DNA from: Coraliomargarita sp.
GTDB lineage: Bacteria; Verrucomicrobiota; Verrucomicrobiia; Opitutales; Coraliomargaritaceae
NCBI GenBank assembly: GCA_965216325.1
Contig: OZ244160.1
Location: forward strand, 2,592,001-2,656,000
Direction of reading: 5' to 3'
Length of the DNA stretch: 64,000 bases
Of this stretch, positions 46,043 through 60,972 are shown piece by piece; position 1 is the stretch's first letter; every line of letters begins with the position of its first letter. Under the pieces are notes generated by a model that worked only from the letters and a program-made list of their open reading frames with translations, ran no database searches and was not told the DNA's origin. A program made the position numbers and the translations under genes.

Positions 46043-46600
46043 TTGCGTCATGAAAGCCCAGTCAGATGGGAAAGAAAACTGACAACGTTCATTGAAAATC
46101 TGAATTAATACCCAGCGGGTGAGAAGCCCGTCTGATAGAGTTTGGCAAACAGTCAGAACCGAGTCTTGCATAGCTTTAGGCAACGAGGGCATGAAGCGTA
46201 GACAGGGTGATGCTGAGGCTGTGTTATTGAGCTCCGAAATTAGGTTTATCGGTTTGCGTCCTCCTACTTGGCCTAGCGGGGGAAGGAACCCCGCAGGGCG
46301 GAATCATCAGCCCTCTGTTGGCGAACATATACCTCCACGAAGTGTTAGATAAATGGTTCGTTGAACAGGTTCAACCGCTGATGAAAAGTGAATGCTTCCT
46401 TGTGCGCTATGCCGACGACTTCGTTATGGGTTTCCATGACGAGCGAGACGCACGGCGTGTGATCGATGTGCTCGCCTTACGTTTTGCCAAATATGGGTTG
46501 GTTATACACCCTGAGAAGACTCGTCTTCTTAGATTCACCAAACCATGGCAGAATCAGGGTGGAGGGCGAGGCGAAAGCTTCGACTTCCTCGGGTTCACTC
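46043..46600 (+). pseudogene. Decayed group II intron: 5' ribozyme segment fused to an internal RT fragment
   Basis: TTGCGTCATGAAAGCC start; ACCGAGTCTTGC..GGCAAC..GAAGCGTAGACAGGG..TTGAGCTCCGAAA domain I motifs; then [35 protein letters not shown]. Confidence 0.85.
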
Positions 46601-46638
46601 TACACAGAGAAAACTTTTACACTGCTAAGGATCGGGGC
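46596..46638 (+). repeat. 43-bp copy of the putative IS1380 right end
   Basis: CACTCTACACAGAGAAAACTTTTACACTGCTAAGGATCGGGGC is identical to 54545..54587. Confidence 0.85.
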
Positions 46639-46764
46639 TTCTTTACATAGGAGATCTTTATTGTGGAATGAAGCATGATGGGGGCTTAGGGATACTCGCT
46701 TCGCTGCAAATTTCGATTGAATCTGCGGAGTGAGTGTTTTTGCTCCGCAGATCTTATTTTTATT

Positions 46765-47748
46765 ATGCAACTTACACTTGGCACAGATATTGGTGGCACG
46801 AATACGTGCACTGGGGCGATCGATGAGATGGGCAAGGTCTTGGGAAAGGCGACGTTCCCGACGGGAGATCACTTGACTGCCGAAGCGTATGCAGACGCGT
46901 TGGTGGCTTCGGCCCGAGGTTTGATGAAGGACATCGAAGCCCAATATTCTGAAACATCCATCGATTGGCTGGGATGGGGTGTGGGTGCGCCAAATGGCAA
47001 TCAGTTGACTGGTTGTATTGAGCATGCGCCCAATTTGAACTTCAAAGGGATCGTGCCCTTGGTCGAGTTGCTCGAAGCGCGTATTGATCTCGGTCTGATT
47101 AAGCTCACGAACGATGCGAATGCCGCGGCAGTTGGTGAAAAACTCTATGGTGCCGCCAAGGACTTCGATAATTTTGTGATGATTACACTTGGCACTGGCT
47201 TGGGCAGTGGTGTTTTCGTTAACGGGCAGCTGGTCTGTGGTGAATCTGGTTTTGCCGGTGAAGTCGGTCACATGAGTGTCATTCCCGAAGGGCGCTATTG
47301 TGGATTCGGCCGTCGCGGTAGTTTAGAGAACTATTGTTCCGCTACCGGAATACGACGCACTTTCTTTGAGCTCATGGCACAGCGTGGTGAGTCCAGTTCA
47401 TTGGATCATATGGCTATTGCGGACGTGACCTCTAAGCACATTTCGGATGCTGCGGAGGCGGGGGATCCCGTCTGTGAGGCGACTATGCATTTTACCGGTC
47501 GCTTGTTGGGTGAGGCCTTGGCTTCCGTTGCACTGGTAACCGCACCAGGCGCGTTTTTCTTCTTCGGCGGTCCGGTCCAACCAGGTGGAACGTTGATGAG
47601 AACGACGCGTGAGTATTTCGAGAGTCACTTGATCCCGACCTATAAGAACAAGATTCAGTTAATCGAGTCGACTTTGCCAGCAGGAGACGCCGGGATTCTC
47701 GGTGCTGCTGCATTGGTGTGCAGCGAAGTGCCGAAGCTACATGATTAA
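46765..47748 (+). CDS. ROK-family sugar kinase (glucokinase-like)
   Basis: DIGGT, NDANAAA.GE, ITLGTGLGSG, GEVGH and G.LENY.S motifs. Confidence 0.92.
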   Translation: MQLTLGTDIGGTNTCTGAIDEMGKVLGKATFPTGDHLTAEAYADALVASARGLMKDIEAQYSETSIDWLGWGVGAPNGNQLTGCIEHAPNLNFKGIVPLVELLEARIDLGLIKLTNDANAAAVGEKLYGAAKDFDNFVMITLGTGLGSGVFVNGQLVCGESGFAGEVGHMSVIPEGRYCGFGRRGSLENYCSATGIRRTFFELMAQRGESSSLDHMAIADVTSKHISDAAEAGDPVCEATMHFTGRLLGEALASVALVTAPGAFFFFGGPVQPGGTLMRTTREYFESHLIPTYKNKIQLIESTLPAGDAGILGAAALVCSEVPKLHD

Positions 47749-47817
47749 TTGACCAGTTTGGGCGCCTGCAGGCTCTGTAGCGGTGCGCCTTTTTCATTGC
47801 GACAGTCATTTGCCTAC

Positions 47818-47848
47818 AAAAAAGCCCCGCTCGATTGAGCGGGGCTTT
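47818..47848 (-). terminator. Terminator for fusA, possibly bidirectional
   Basis: AAAAAAGCCCCGCTC-GATT-GAGCGGGGCTTT. Confidence 0.85.
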
Positions 47849-47897
47849 GTAAATGTCGGACCGTCTGATCTCTGTCTTCTGGCCTCTGTGCAACGCA

Positions 47898-50003
<2,106 letters not shown>

Positions 50004-50333
50004 TGTCTATTTTAGTTGATTTAAAAACGATGTTTTCTGCTGTGTATGAAGGGCTTTGGAAGTTTCCGCTAAGCCCGCAGATTTCCAAAAAAGAGGCGCA
50101 GATTAGGGTTCTCTCAGAATTCTGCAAGAACGGAAAACACAGTATTTTGCGGAAAATTTCATGCCTCAGAATCGTCCTATTTTGCGTCGAAAGTGTTGGG
50201 CCGATTTGTGCCGCTCCAGTTGGGGGCATACAGTCAATCCGGGAGGATGCCTCAGTCGACAGGATCGTCCACCTGCAGGTGCACGGCAGGACGCTGTGGG
50301 TGCTCGAGAGCTTCTTGAAGGAGTCGGCGAACG

Positions 50334-50538
50334 GGTAGGACGCGTTATCCTTAACGCGCCGGTAGTGGCTAGGGGGCGGGGCGTCTCGCGGTTCGACAGG
50401 CTCACCGCCCTGAGTTTATCGAAGGGCCGAGGTGACCGCTTCGAATGTGATGCTTACGCTAGAGTCGCGTCCAATCCACGATGAAATGATTAATCTGTAT
50501 CGCTTGGCGAACGGCAGCCTCGGCGAGGCTGCCCCACC
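50334..50538. repeat. Cluster of REP-like palindromes including a nested TTCGACAGGCTCA module
   Basis: GGTAGGACGCGTTATCCTTAACGCGCC; 50392..50427 matches 22361..22396 at 34/36 positions; CGGCAGCCTCGGCGAGGCTGCCCCACC. Confidence 0.75.
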
Positions 50539-50560
50539 AAATTAAACGATCTTTCAGCGT

Positions 50561-51994
50561 CTACCCGCGTTGCAGGTAGACGACCTGCGTCTGGGTAAAC
50601 TCCAGTAGGCCGTGCTTGCCGTCGGCGCCGCCGATGCCGGACTTGCGCCAGCCGGCGTGGTAGCCCTGCATGGCTTCGAAATGCTCGCGGTTCACATAGG
50701 TCTCGCCGAACTTGAGCTGATCGATGGCGTGCATCGCTTCGTTGATGTCCTTGGAGAAGATCGAAGAGGTTAGGCCGTATTCGGTGTCATTTGCCATCGC
50801 GAGTGCTTCATCGAGCTCGTCGTAGATCACGACTGGAGCGACGGGGCCGAAGACTTCCTTGCGCACGATGTCCATGTCCTGCGAGCAGCCGGCCACTACG
50901 GTCGGTTCGTAGTAGAAGCCGCCTGCGCCGTCGCCGCGTTGACCGCCGCAAAGGATTTCGGCACCCGCTTGCTTCGCTGAGTCGACGAGGCCGACGACCT
51001 TGTTGTAGCCGGCTTCGTTGATCATGGGCCCGTAGTCGATCGTTTCGTCGATGTTGGGATTGCCGTATTTAGCGGCCTGCATCTTGGCGACCAGTTTAGC
51101 GGTGAATTCATCGGCAACGCTGCGTTGCACGTAGACCCGTTCGGCGCAGTTGCAGACTTGACCGCTATTGATGACACGCGAGGCCTGAATCGCGGTTGCC
51201 GCGACATCGAGGTCTGCCTGTGTTGTGACGATTGCCGGGGCCTTGCCGCCGAGCTCCAGGTTCACGCGTGTGATGTTCTGTGCGGCCGCTGCCATAATGC
51301 GTGAGCCGGTGTCGACACTGCCGGTAAAGCTGAGCAGGCCCACTTTGGGATTGGCGCACAGTGCGCTGCCCGTGCTAGCACCGAGACCTGAGACGAGGTT
51401 GACGACGCCTGCCGGAAGGTCGGTTTGGTCGAGCAGTTTGCAGAACTCGAAGGCATTGTTGGGAGTTTCCTCGCTGGGCTTGATCACGATGGTGTTGCCA
51501 CAGATCAGGGCCGGAGCGAGTTTGCGCGCGATCAGGAAGAAGGGGAAATTCCAGGGCAGGATGCCGCCCACCACGCCTATTGGCTTGCGGTGCAGGAAGA
51601 TTTGCTCGCCGGGGCGATCACTGGGGATGATCTCGCCCTCGATACGACGGCCCCATTCGGCCATGTAATCGATATAGTCGGCCGTGAAGTTTACTTCCAC
51701 GCGTGCGAGGCCGAGTGTCTTACCTTGCTCCTCGGTGATGCAGCGGGCGAGGGGCTCGACGTTTTCGCGCAACTTATTCGCGAGTTGGTTCAAATGCTTC
51801 GCGCGTGCGATGGCGGGCAGTGCGGCCCATGCCGGCTGCGCTTGGTCGGCTGCGGCAATGGCCTCGTCGACAACCGAGGCCGGGCTATTCGGGATCGTGG
51901 AGATTTCCTTGCCGGTTGAGGGGCAAATTACGGTGATGCGTTCCGCATCGCATTCAACAAATTGTCCGTTCAGGTAGTTCGAGTAGTGGTGCAT
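50561..51994 (-). CDS. aldA: NAD-dependent aldehyde dehydrogenase (AldA/lactaldehyde type)
   Basis: PWNFP, KPSEETP, FTGS, LELGGK, GQVCNCAER, EVFGP and GIGGADGKHG motifs. Confidence 0.9.
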   Translation of the reverse strand: MHHYSNYLNGQFVECDAERITVICPSTGKEISTIPNSPASVVDEAIAAADQAQPAWAALPAIARAKHLNQLANKLRENVEPLARCITEEQGKTLGLARVEVNFTADYIDYMAEWGRRIEGEIIPSDRPGEQIFLHRKPIGVVGGILPWNFPFFLIARKLAPALICGNTIVIKPSEETPNNAFEFCKLLDQTDLPAGVVNLVSGLGASTGSALCANPKVGLLSFTGSVDTGSRIMAAAAQNITRVNLELGGKAPAIVTTQADLDVAATAIQASRVINSGQVCNCAERVYVQRSVADEFTAKLVAKMQAAKYGNPNIDETIDYGPMINEAGYNKVVGLVDSAKQAGAEILCGGQRGDGAGGFYYEPTVVAGCSQDMDIVRKEVFGPVAPVVIYDELDEALAMANDTEYGLTSSIFSKDINEAMHAIDQLKFGETYVNREHFEAMQGYHAGWRKSGIGGADGKHGLLEFTQTQVVYLQRG

Positions 51995-52049
51995 TCCGGC
52001 AGCTTCATAAAAGCACTGTTGGTAGCAACGCTAAAGCTGACACAAAAAG

Positions 52050-53133
52050 GGGGTCATGTCATTATCTTTGTGGTTAGCTGCTTGTAAGCCTTGCTGTGTT
52101 GGCCCTTGGTTTTTCTGAATTCAGATACGTAGCGGCTAACCGCGTCTGAGGTGCCCATGTTGAGTTGTTTAGTAATCCAGACATTCGTGGCACTGCTCTT
52201 TTGTTTCAGTAAACAAGCGAGCATGACTTTCCATTGCGCCGATTTGAGATCTGTTGTGATGGATTGAGTGTCTTTGCCTAGGGCGGCTAGCCCGGCATCC
52301 AGAAGCATTTCCCACCTCAACTGATTGGCCTCGCGTAGGCGTTGGCCATCATAGCTTGGGATCCTTTCCGCTGCAGCTTTGGAACCGTTATTGTCTTTGT
52401 CGTCTTCGACCTCTTCGAGCAGTGCCTTCTTGAACTCCTTGGTTCCGATGGCCCAGCCGCGACACATTGTTTCAAATGCCATCTCTTTCTGTGCGGCACT
52501 ATCCGCAGATAGCCATTTGAGGTAAGCTTCGTAGTGTGTTCTGCCTATCGGCGTATCTGCCAATGCCCCTGCAGCGTGTAATGCGCCTGAGCAATCGAGA
52601 TAAGTTGGGCGCTTGCGCTTATTGAACAGATACCAGTAGCTCGACCATCGGTAATGCTTTAGCTCTTCAACGCTAACCATTCCGGCTCTCACGGGGTTAA
52701 GGTGCACGTAGTGGAGCAGAGCTCCCAAATAGCCATCCTGCTCTACGATGAGACTTTTGTAGCGTCCTTGGAATAGTTTACCGTGAACCTTTCGGAAACG
52801 GTGGTAGCGGTTGGCGAAAGTCGATTGCAACCACTTCATGCCATAGATCAGGTTACCTCTCGGTGTACGCACGACTAAATGAAAATGATTGGTCATGACA
52901 CAGAACCCTTCCAGCACCCAACCGCATTTTTCGCAGGCTTCGAATAGGCAATTCTCAAAGGATAAGTGGGCGCCTTCGTTGATGAATAAGTCCTGCCGAT
53001 AGTTTCCTCGGTTGATAATGTGGTAAACACCGTTCTCCTTCTCAATGCGTAGACTCCGAGGCATGCTGTTATATCAATAATAGTTACTTTTTGTTGCAAT
53101 CACAAAGATAATGACATGACCCCTTTGGGGACT
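52050..53133 (-). mobile_element. Y1/HUH (RAYT-like) transposase unit bounded by perfect 23-bp inverted repeats
   Basis: GGGGTCATGTCATTATCTTTGTG (52050-52072) and CACAAAGATAATGACATGACCCC (53101-53123); terminal CCCCTTTGGGG hairpin. Confidence 0.75.
52054..53064 (-). CDS. REP-associated-type Y1 tyrosine transposase with a C-terminal helical (HTH-like) extension
   Basis: YHIINRG, MTNHFHL (HUH), LFQGRYKS, YVHLNPVRA and YRWSSY motifs. Confidence 0.9.
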   Translation of the reverse strand: MPRSLRIEKENGVYHIINRGNYRQDLFINEGAHLSFENCLFEACEKCGWVLEGFCVMTNHFHLVVRTPRGNLIYGMKWLQSTFANRYHRFRKVHGKLFQGRYKSLIVEQDGYLGALLHYVHLNPVRAGMVSVEELKHYRWSSYWYLFNKRKRPTYLDCSGALHAAGALADTPIGRTHYEAYLKWLSADSAAQKEMAFETMCRGWAIGTKEFKKALLEEVEDDKDNNGSKAAAERIPSYDGQRLREANQLRWEMLLDAGLAALGKDTQSITTDLKSAQWKVMLACLLKQKSSATNVWITKQLNMGTSDAVSRYVSEFRKTKGQHSKAYKQLTTKIMT

Positions 53134-53152
53134 TCTGACCCCTTTGGGGACT
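53117..53152. repeat. Two tandem copies of the 17-bp TGACCCCTTTGGGGACT motif; a third copy is at 53786-53802
   Basis: Read directly from the sequence. Confidence 0.9.
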
Positions 53153-53733
53153 TCTTTCTGTGCGGCACTATCCGCAGATAGCCATTTGAGGTAAGCTTCG
53201 TAGTGTGTTCTGCCTATCGGCGTATCTGCCAGTGCCCCTGCAGCGTGTAATGCGCCTGAGCAATCGAGATAAGTTGGGCGCTTGCGCTTATTGAACAGAT
53301 ACCAGTAGCTCGACCATCGGTAATGCTTTAGCTCTTCAACGCTAACCATTCCGGCTCTCACGGGGTTAAGGTGCACGTAGTGGAGCAGAGCTCCCAAATA
53401 GCCATCCTGCTCTACGATGAGACTTTTGTAGCGTCCTTGGAATAGTTTACCGTGAACCTTTCGGAAACGGTGGTAGCGGTTGGCGAAAGTCGATTGCAAC
53501 CACTTCATGCCATAGATCAGGTTACCTCTCGGTGTACGCACGACTAAATGAAAATGATTGGTCATGACACAGAACCCTTCCAGCACCCAACCGCATTTTT
53601 CGCAGGCTTCGAATAGGCAATTCTCAAAGGATAAGTGGGCGCCTTCGTTGATGAATAAGTCCTGCCGATAGTTTCCTCGGTTGATAATGTGGTAAACACC
53701 GTTCTCCTTCTCAATGCGTAGACTCCGAGGCAT
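53153..53733 (-). pseudogene. 3'-truncated duplicate of the Y1 transposase, part of a 650-bp direct repeat (52484-53133 = 53153-53802)
   Basis: Same protein sequence up to AAQKE, after which the frame reads into the 17-bp repeats; one synonymous difference noticed (52563 A vs 53232 G). Confidence 0.85.
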
Positions 53734-53802
53734 GCTGTTATATCAATAATAGTTACTTTTTGTTGCAATCACAAAGATAATGACATGACCCCTTTGGGGA
53801 CT

Positions 53803-54403
53803 GGAGCGCTGCGCCAAAGAGTTGCCGGAGTCGGCGTGGAGCGACGAGCAGATCGTGCGTTGGCGCGATGGCAAAGAACACCGTGCCCAGCACGCTTGGC
53901 TGCGCTATCAGCCGGAGGGCTGCGAGCAGCCACAGCTCTTTGCGGTGACGCGTCACCAACTGGCCGATGGGGAACTGTTCGGGCGCTATGCCTTCATCTG
54001 CTGTGAGTCGGGGCGTGAGGGGCGCGCCGATATGGCCGTGGAGCGGCACAAGCTCAAAGGCGACCGGGAGCGCCAGTTCTCACAAGTGCTCACCGACATG
54101 GATTTGCACCATCCCCCATGCAAGAGTCTGGCAGCCAATCAGGTCTTCTATGCAATCGGCGCGCTCGCGCACAACCTGCTCCAGGCGATCAAACTGATTC
54201 ACCTGCCCGACCACGAGCAGCCCATACGTATCCGCACCCTGCTGCATGTGCTCATGCTCATCCCTGTAACCTTCAAGCGCCATGCCCGTCAGCTCAAAGC
54301 AGTGTGCTGTGTGAACAGCCGTTGGCTGCCATGGCGGCGCAAGTTTGCCCACGAACTAGACGCACTCTCGGCGCTCTACAAGTTGCGCCCCTCGCCAGGC
54401 TGA
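53803..54403 (+). pseudogene. C-terminal fragment of an IS1380-family DDE transposase
   Basis: KGDRERQF...DLHHPPCKSLAANQVFYAIGALAHNLL resembles the IS1380 C-terminal motif; the 5' part is replaced by the Y1 element end. Confidence 0.7.
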
Positions 54404-54544
54404 TGCCGATCAAATTGCCCCGATACCCCTACGCGGACGCTGAGCCGCTCGCACTACCAATCCGCCCGAATCCCGTAACCCGAAGCACGTATCACGATCC
54501 GAACTACCCGTTCGGATGCGCCAGCTTGCGCGAAACGAACAAAA

Positions 54545-54587
54545 CACTCTACACAGAGAAAACTTTTACACTGCTAAGGATCGGGGC
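54545..54587 (+). repeat. Putative IS1380 right end (43 bp), repeated at 46596
   Basis: Lies about 140 bp downstream of the transposase fragment; identity with the other copy stops after GGATCGGGGC. Confidence 0.7.
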
Positions 54588-54708
54588 GACAACAAGAATC
54601 TTTCCGGTTGTATTGGTATTCACGATACTGAATCAAGGTTGCTGCGGCTAAATCGCAATCGATATCTCGGTGGGAACTGTGGCCAATTTGAAAAAATGGT
54701 ACGCAAAC

Positions 54709-54739
54709 AAAAACCGTTCACTTCGAGAAGTGAACGGTT
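54709..54739 (-). terminator. Terminator downstream of alaS
   Basis: AAAAACCGTTCACTT-CGAG-AAGTGAACGGTT. Confidence 0.8.
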
Positions 54740-54794
54740 GGAAGCTTCAGTCGATATGCGTCGGCGTTTAGACAAGCACAAGGCTTACGCGAGC

Positions 54795-57608
<2,814 letters not shown>

Positions 57609-57613
57609 CTTGG

Positions 57614-57655
57614 GAACATCGAACATCGAACGTCGAACGTCCAACTTCGAATGGC
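57614..57655. repeat. Six-unit heptamer array downstream of the four-helix-bundle gene
   Basis: gaacatc gaacatc gaacgtc gaacgtc caacttc gaatggc. Confidence 0.9.
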
Positions 57656-57667
57656 TCTTGGTTCAGG

Positions 57668-58082
<415 letters not shown>

Positions 58083-58087
<5 letters not shown>

Positions 58088-58124
58088 TCGATGTTCAATG
58101 TTGGAGGTTCAAAGTTCGACGTTC
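58083..58124. repeat. Six-unit heptamer array, inverted relative to 57614-57655 and overlapping the start codon
   Basis: gccattc gatgttc aatgttg gaggttc aaagttc gacgttc. Confidence 0.9.
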
Positions 58125-58144
58125 CAGTTTTAGAAAGATTTGAA

Positions 58145-59245
58145 CTACAAATTTTTCAAAACTGCGTCGCCCATGGCTTTGGTGCCGACGGTGTCGAGGC
58201 CGAAGGCGATGTCGCCAGTGCGGGTGCCGCCAGTGACTGCCTTTTCAACGGCTGCTTCGATGGCGTCTGCGGCTTCGAGTTCGCCGAAGCTGTAGCGGAG
58301 CATGAGTGCGCCGGAAAGGATTTGCGCGCATGGGTTGGCGATGCCTTGGCCTGCGATGTCCGGTGCGGTGCCGCCGGATGGCTCGTAGAGACCGAAAGGG
58401 AAGCCGAGGCTGTTCTTCTCAGCACCGAGGGATGCGGACGCCAGCATGCCGAGGGAGCCGCAGATCACACCCATTTCGTCGGAAAGGATGTCGCCGAACA
58501 TGTTTTCGGTGAAGAGCACGTCGAACTGGTTCGGGTCGCGAGCGAGCTGCATGGCTGCGTTGTCGACATACATGTGGCTGAGCTCGATTTCCGGAGCGTT
58601 CTTGGCGAAGTAGTCAGTGACCACCTTGCGCCAGAGCACGGAGGTTTCGAGGACGTTGGCCTTGTCGACGGAGCAGACGCGCTTGCCGCGTGCCTTCGCG
58701 GTGTCGATCGCAACTTGAGCGATGCGCTCGATCTCGCTGGTCTTATAGACCATGGTGTCGATCGCTTGCTCTTCGCCGTTTTCAAGTGTGGTGGTCGCCT
58801 TTGGCTGACCGAAGTAGATGCCACCGGTGAGCTCGCGGATACAAACGATGTCGATACCAGTTGGGATGCGCTCCTTCTTGAGCGGGGAGGCGTCGGTCAA
58901 TTCTGGGTAGAGCAGACCCGGGCGCACGTTGGCGTAAAGGGAGTAAGCCTTGCGGATCGGGAGCAGGGCTGCGCGCTCTGGCTGTTCCTTGGGAGGCAGT
59001 GTTTCCCACTTTGGACCGCCGACGGAGCCGAATAGGATCGCTTCGCTCTTGTCGCAGACGTCCTTGGTGCTGTCGGGGAAAGCGACGCCGTGGTTGTCGA
59101 TGGCGATGCCGCCGATGTCGGCATTCTCATAGTCGAGTGTGAAGCCGAACTTTTCACCAGCGGCTTTAAGAACGTCGAGAGCGACGTCCATGACTTCAGG
59201 GCCGATGCCATCACCGGGTAGAACTGCGAATTTGAGCGTTTTCAT
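58145..59245 (-). CDS. leuB: 3-isopropylmalate dehydrogenase
   Basis: [37 protein letters not shown] and APDIAG..IANP motifs. Confidence 0.97.
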   Translation of the reverse strand: MKTLKFAVLPGDGIGPEVMDVALDVLKAAGEKFGFTLDYENADIGGIAIDNHGVAFPDSTKDVCDKSEAILFGSVGGPKWETLPPKEQPERAALLPIRKAYSLYANVRPGLLYPELTDASPLKKERIPTGIDIVCIRELTGGIYFGQPKATTTLENGEEQAIDTMVYKTSEIERIAQVAIDTAKARGKRVCSVDKANVLETSVLWRKVVTDYFAKNAPEIELSHMYVDNAAMQLARDPNQFDVLFTENMFGDILSDEMGVICGSLGMLASASLGAEKNSLGFPFGLYEPSGGTAPDIAGQGIANPCAQILSGALMLRYSFGELEAADAIEAAVEKAVTGGTRTGDIAFGLDTVGTKAMGDAVLKNL

Positions 59246-59330
59246 AAAATTGTCTGGTTGAGGGAAAAGCGGAGTAATCTGCCCCTCGAACGCGACGCTT
59301 CAAGCCTTTTCGCGATTCGCTGTGCTGACC

Positions 59331-60857
59331 TTAGCGGTAGATAATCTCCAAGTCTGACTGTGCACTCTGGAGTGCCTCAATGCCTGCCTTGCTGGTTCGT
59401 GTGTTGGTCAGGAAAATACGCTCAAGATTTGCCTTGTCCTGCAGGTGCTTGAGGCCCGCATCACTGACTTGACTGTTGTAGAGATTGAGGTAGCTGAGCT
59501 TGGGCAGTTGTGCGATTGATGCGAGATTGGCATCGCTGACATTGCTGCCGTCGAGATGAAGGCGCTCGAGGTTCTTAAAGTGGGAGAGTTGGTGATAAAA
59601 ACTGTCCGGGAGTTCGAGCTTACTGGCGTCGATCCAGATCAGTTTGTCGCCGAAAGCTTTGAGCTGTTGGACCGCAGCTTCGAGTTGGCCGGGGTCGACG
59701 ACGCCGAGGTCGATGCGCACGCGCAGGTCGTTCCAGGCGTTGTATTCGGCTTTGACCCCGGTAGCGCTGATTTGCTCGATCAGCGCTTCGGTCGTGGTAT
59801 CGCTCAACTCGACGTAAGTCTCGGCGTATTTGGTGCGCTCGCTAGGTTTCGGCCAATAGGCACCGGCGGCGACCCATGCTTCGATGGCTGTTATGCCTTC
59901 AGCAGGCACGGCGGCCTTTTCTTCGGGGGGCATCACGTCATCGTCGTGGCGAGGGAGGCGAATGCGGTGAATGAGTTCACTGTCTTCGAGTTTGCCCGGC
60001 ACGATCGGAGCGAGTTTGCTTTTGCCGGCAGTCATGATGGCGACTGCGTTGTCCATACGATATTTGCCTTTTTGCTTGGTGGCACCGTGACAGTTGAAGC
60101 AGTGTGCTTGGAACACTGCGTGCGCTTTTTCGAAGGAGGCGAGACGTGGGTCCGCAGTGCGGGGGGGCGGCGGGGCGGCATCCATCGTGGGGGCCATCAT
60201 CATGTCCGCCATGGGCTCATCTGTCGTCGCGTCCATCATGGCTTCCATCTCCATGCTTGGTTCGGAAGTCGGTTCGCTTGACGTTGTTACGGCATTGGTC
60301 GGGGCATCCGTTTGAATTACTTGCTTTGAGATCTCTGTCGTCGGTGCTGCTTGTGGCGGTCTGCTTGCCACGGGAGCGGTGGGCGACTCTGCTTGCGTCA
60401 CGCGAACAGGCTCCGGTTCAAAGCCTTTAGTGAGGAAGCCTTTGCCGTGGATCAGTTCACCGCCAATATGGCCTGTGACCACCATGGTAATCGTGCAGGC
60501 AAGTAGTCCGAGATAGTAAACAAATCGGGGGACGAGTCGCTCGGAGATGCGTCGCAAGAGATAGAGGACACAGGTGACGCTGACCGCGGCGGCGAAGCCA
60601 TAGCCCCAATATTTATGACTGTCGATTTCGTCGCCATAACCGCCGTAGATCGCATACGCCAGGCCGAGGAATAGGCTGAGTAGGGTACCGAAGAAGAGCA
60701 GTGCGTGCAGGATGATCAGCGCTTGGTTCTTACGCAGGTCGCCTCGGTAAGGCGGCAGTAATTCGATAAACCAAATCGCAACAAGTACTCCAATCGGTAG
60801 ATGGAGCAGCACCATGTGAAAGGGGCCGAATGGGATTAGAAAGTCTGGAGTCGACAT
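59331..60857 (-). CDS. Membrane protein with a planctomycete-type cytochrome c domain and C-terminal LRR
   Basis: N-terminal TM block (H..LLHLPIG, GH.GG.L.HG); CFNCH heme motif with IVPG..SEL..R...MPP; L..L.L repeats. Confidence 0.82.
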   Translation of the reverse strand: MSTPDFLIPFGPFHMVLLHLPIGVLVAIWFIELLPPYRGDLRKNQALIILHALLFFGTLLSLFLGLAYAIYGGYGDEIDSHKYWGYGFAAAVSVTCVLYLLRRISERLVPRFVYYLGLLACTITMVVTGHIGGELIHGKGFLTKGFEPEPVRVTQAESPTAPVASRPPQAAPTTEISKQVIQTDAPTNAVTTSSEPTSEPSMEMEAMMDATTDEPMADMMMAPTMDAAPPPPRTADPRLASFEKAHAVFQAHCFNCHGATKQKGKYRMDNAVAIMTAGKSKLAPIVPGKLEDSELIHRIRLPRHDDDVMPPEEKAAVPAEGITAIEAWVAAGAYWPKPSERTKYAETYVELSDTTTEALIEQISATGVKAEYNAWNDLRVRIDLGVVDPGQLEAAVQQLKAFGDKLIWIDASKLELPDSFYHQLSHFKNLERLHLDGSNVSDANLASIAQLPKLSYLNLYNSQVSDAGLKHLQDKANLERIFLTNTRTSKAGIEALQSAQSDLEIIYR

Positions 60858-60884
60858 ATGTGGTCGTTGAAAGAGGCTAAGAAG

Positions 60885-60933
60885 ACCACCCCGGTCGGAC
60901 GAGCCGACCACTCCTCTTTGAACAGGAGGAGAG
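60885..60933. repeat. Double-hairpin REP-like element
   Basis: ACCACCCCGGTCGGACGAGCCGACCACTCCTCTTTGAACAGGAGGGAGAG; related layout at 22662-22714. Confidence 0.55.
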
Positions 60934-60972
60934 CTTTTGATGAGCATTCAGAGCCGGCATGTTTCAGTTTAA

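Noticed and set aside
50247..50318. 23-aa Cys-rich micro-ORF (MPQSTGSSTCRCTAGRCGCSRAS) after GGGAGG
   Set aside because: The SD-like sequence abuts the ATG, there are no modification genes nearby and no other support
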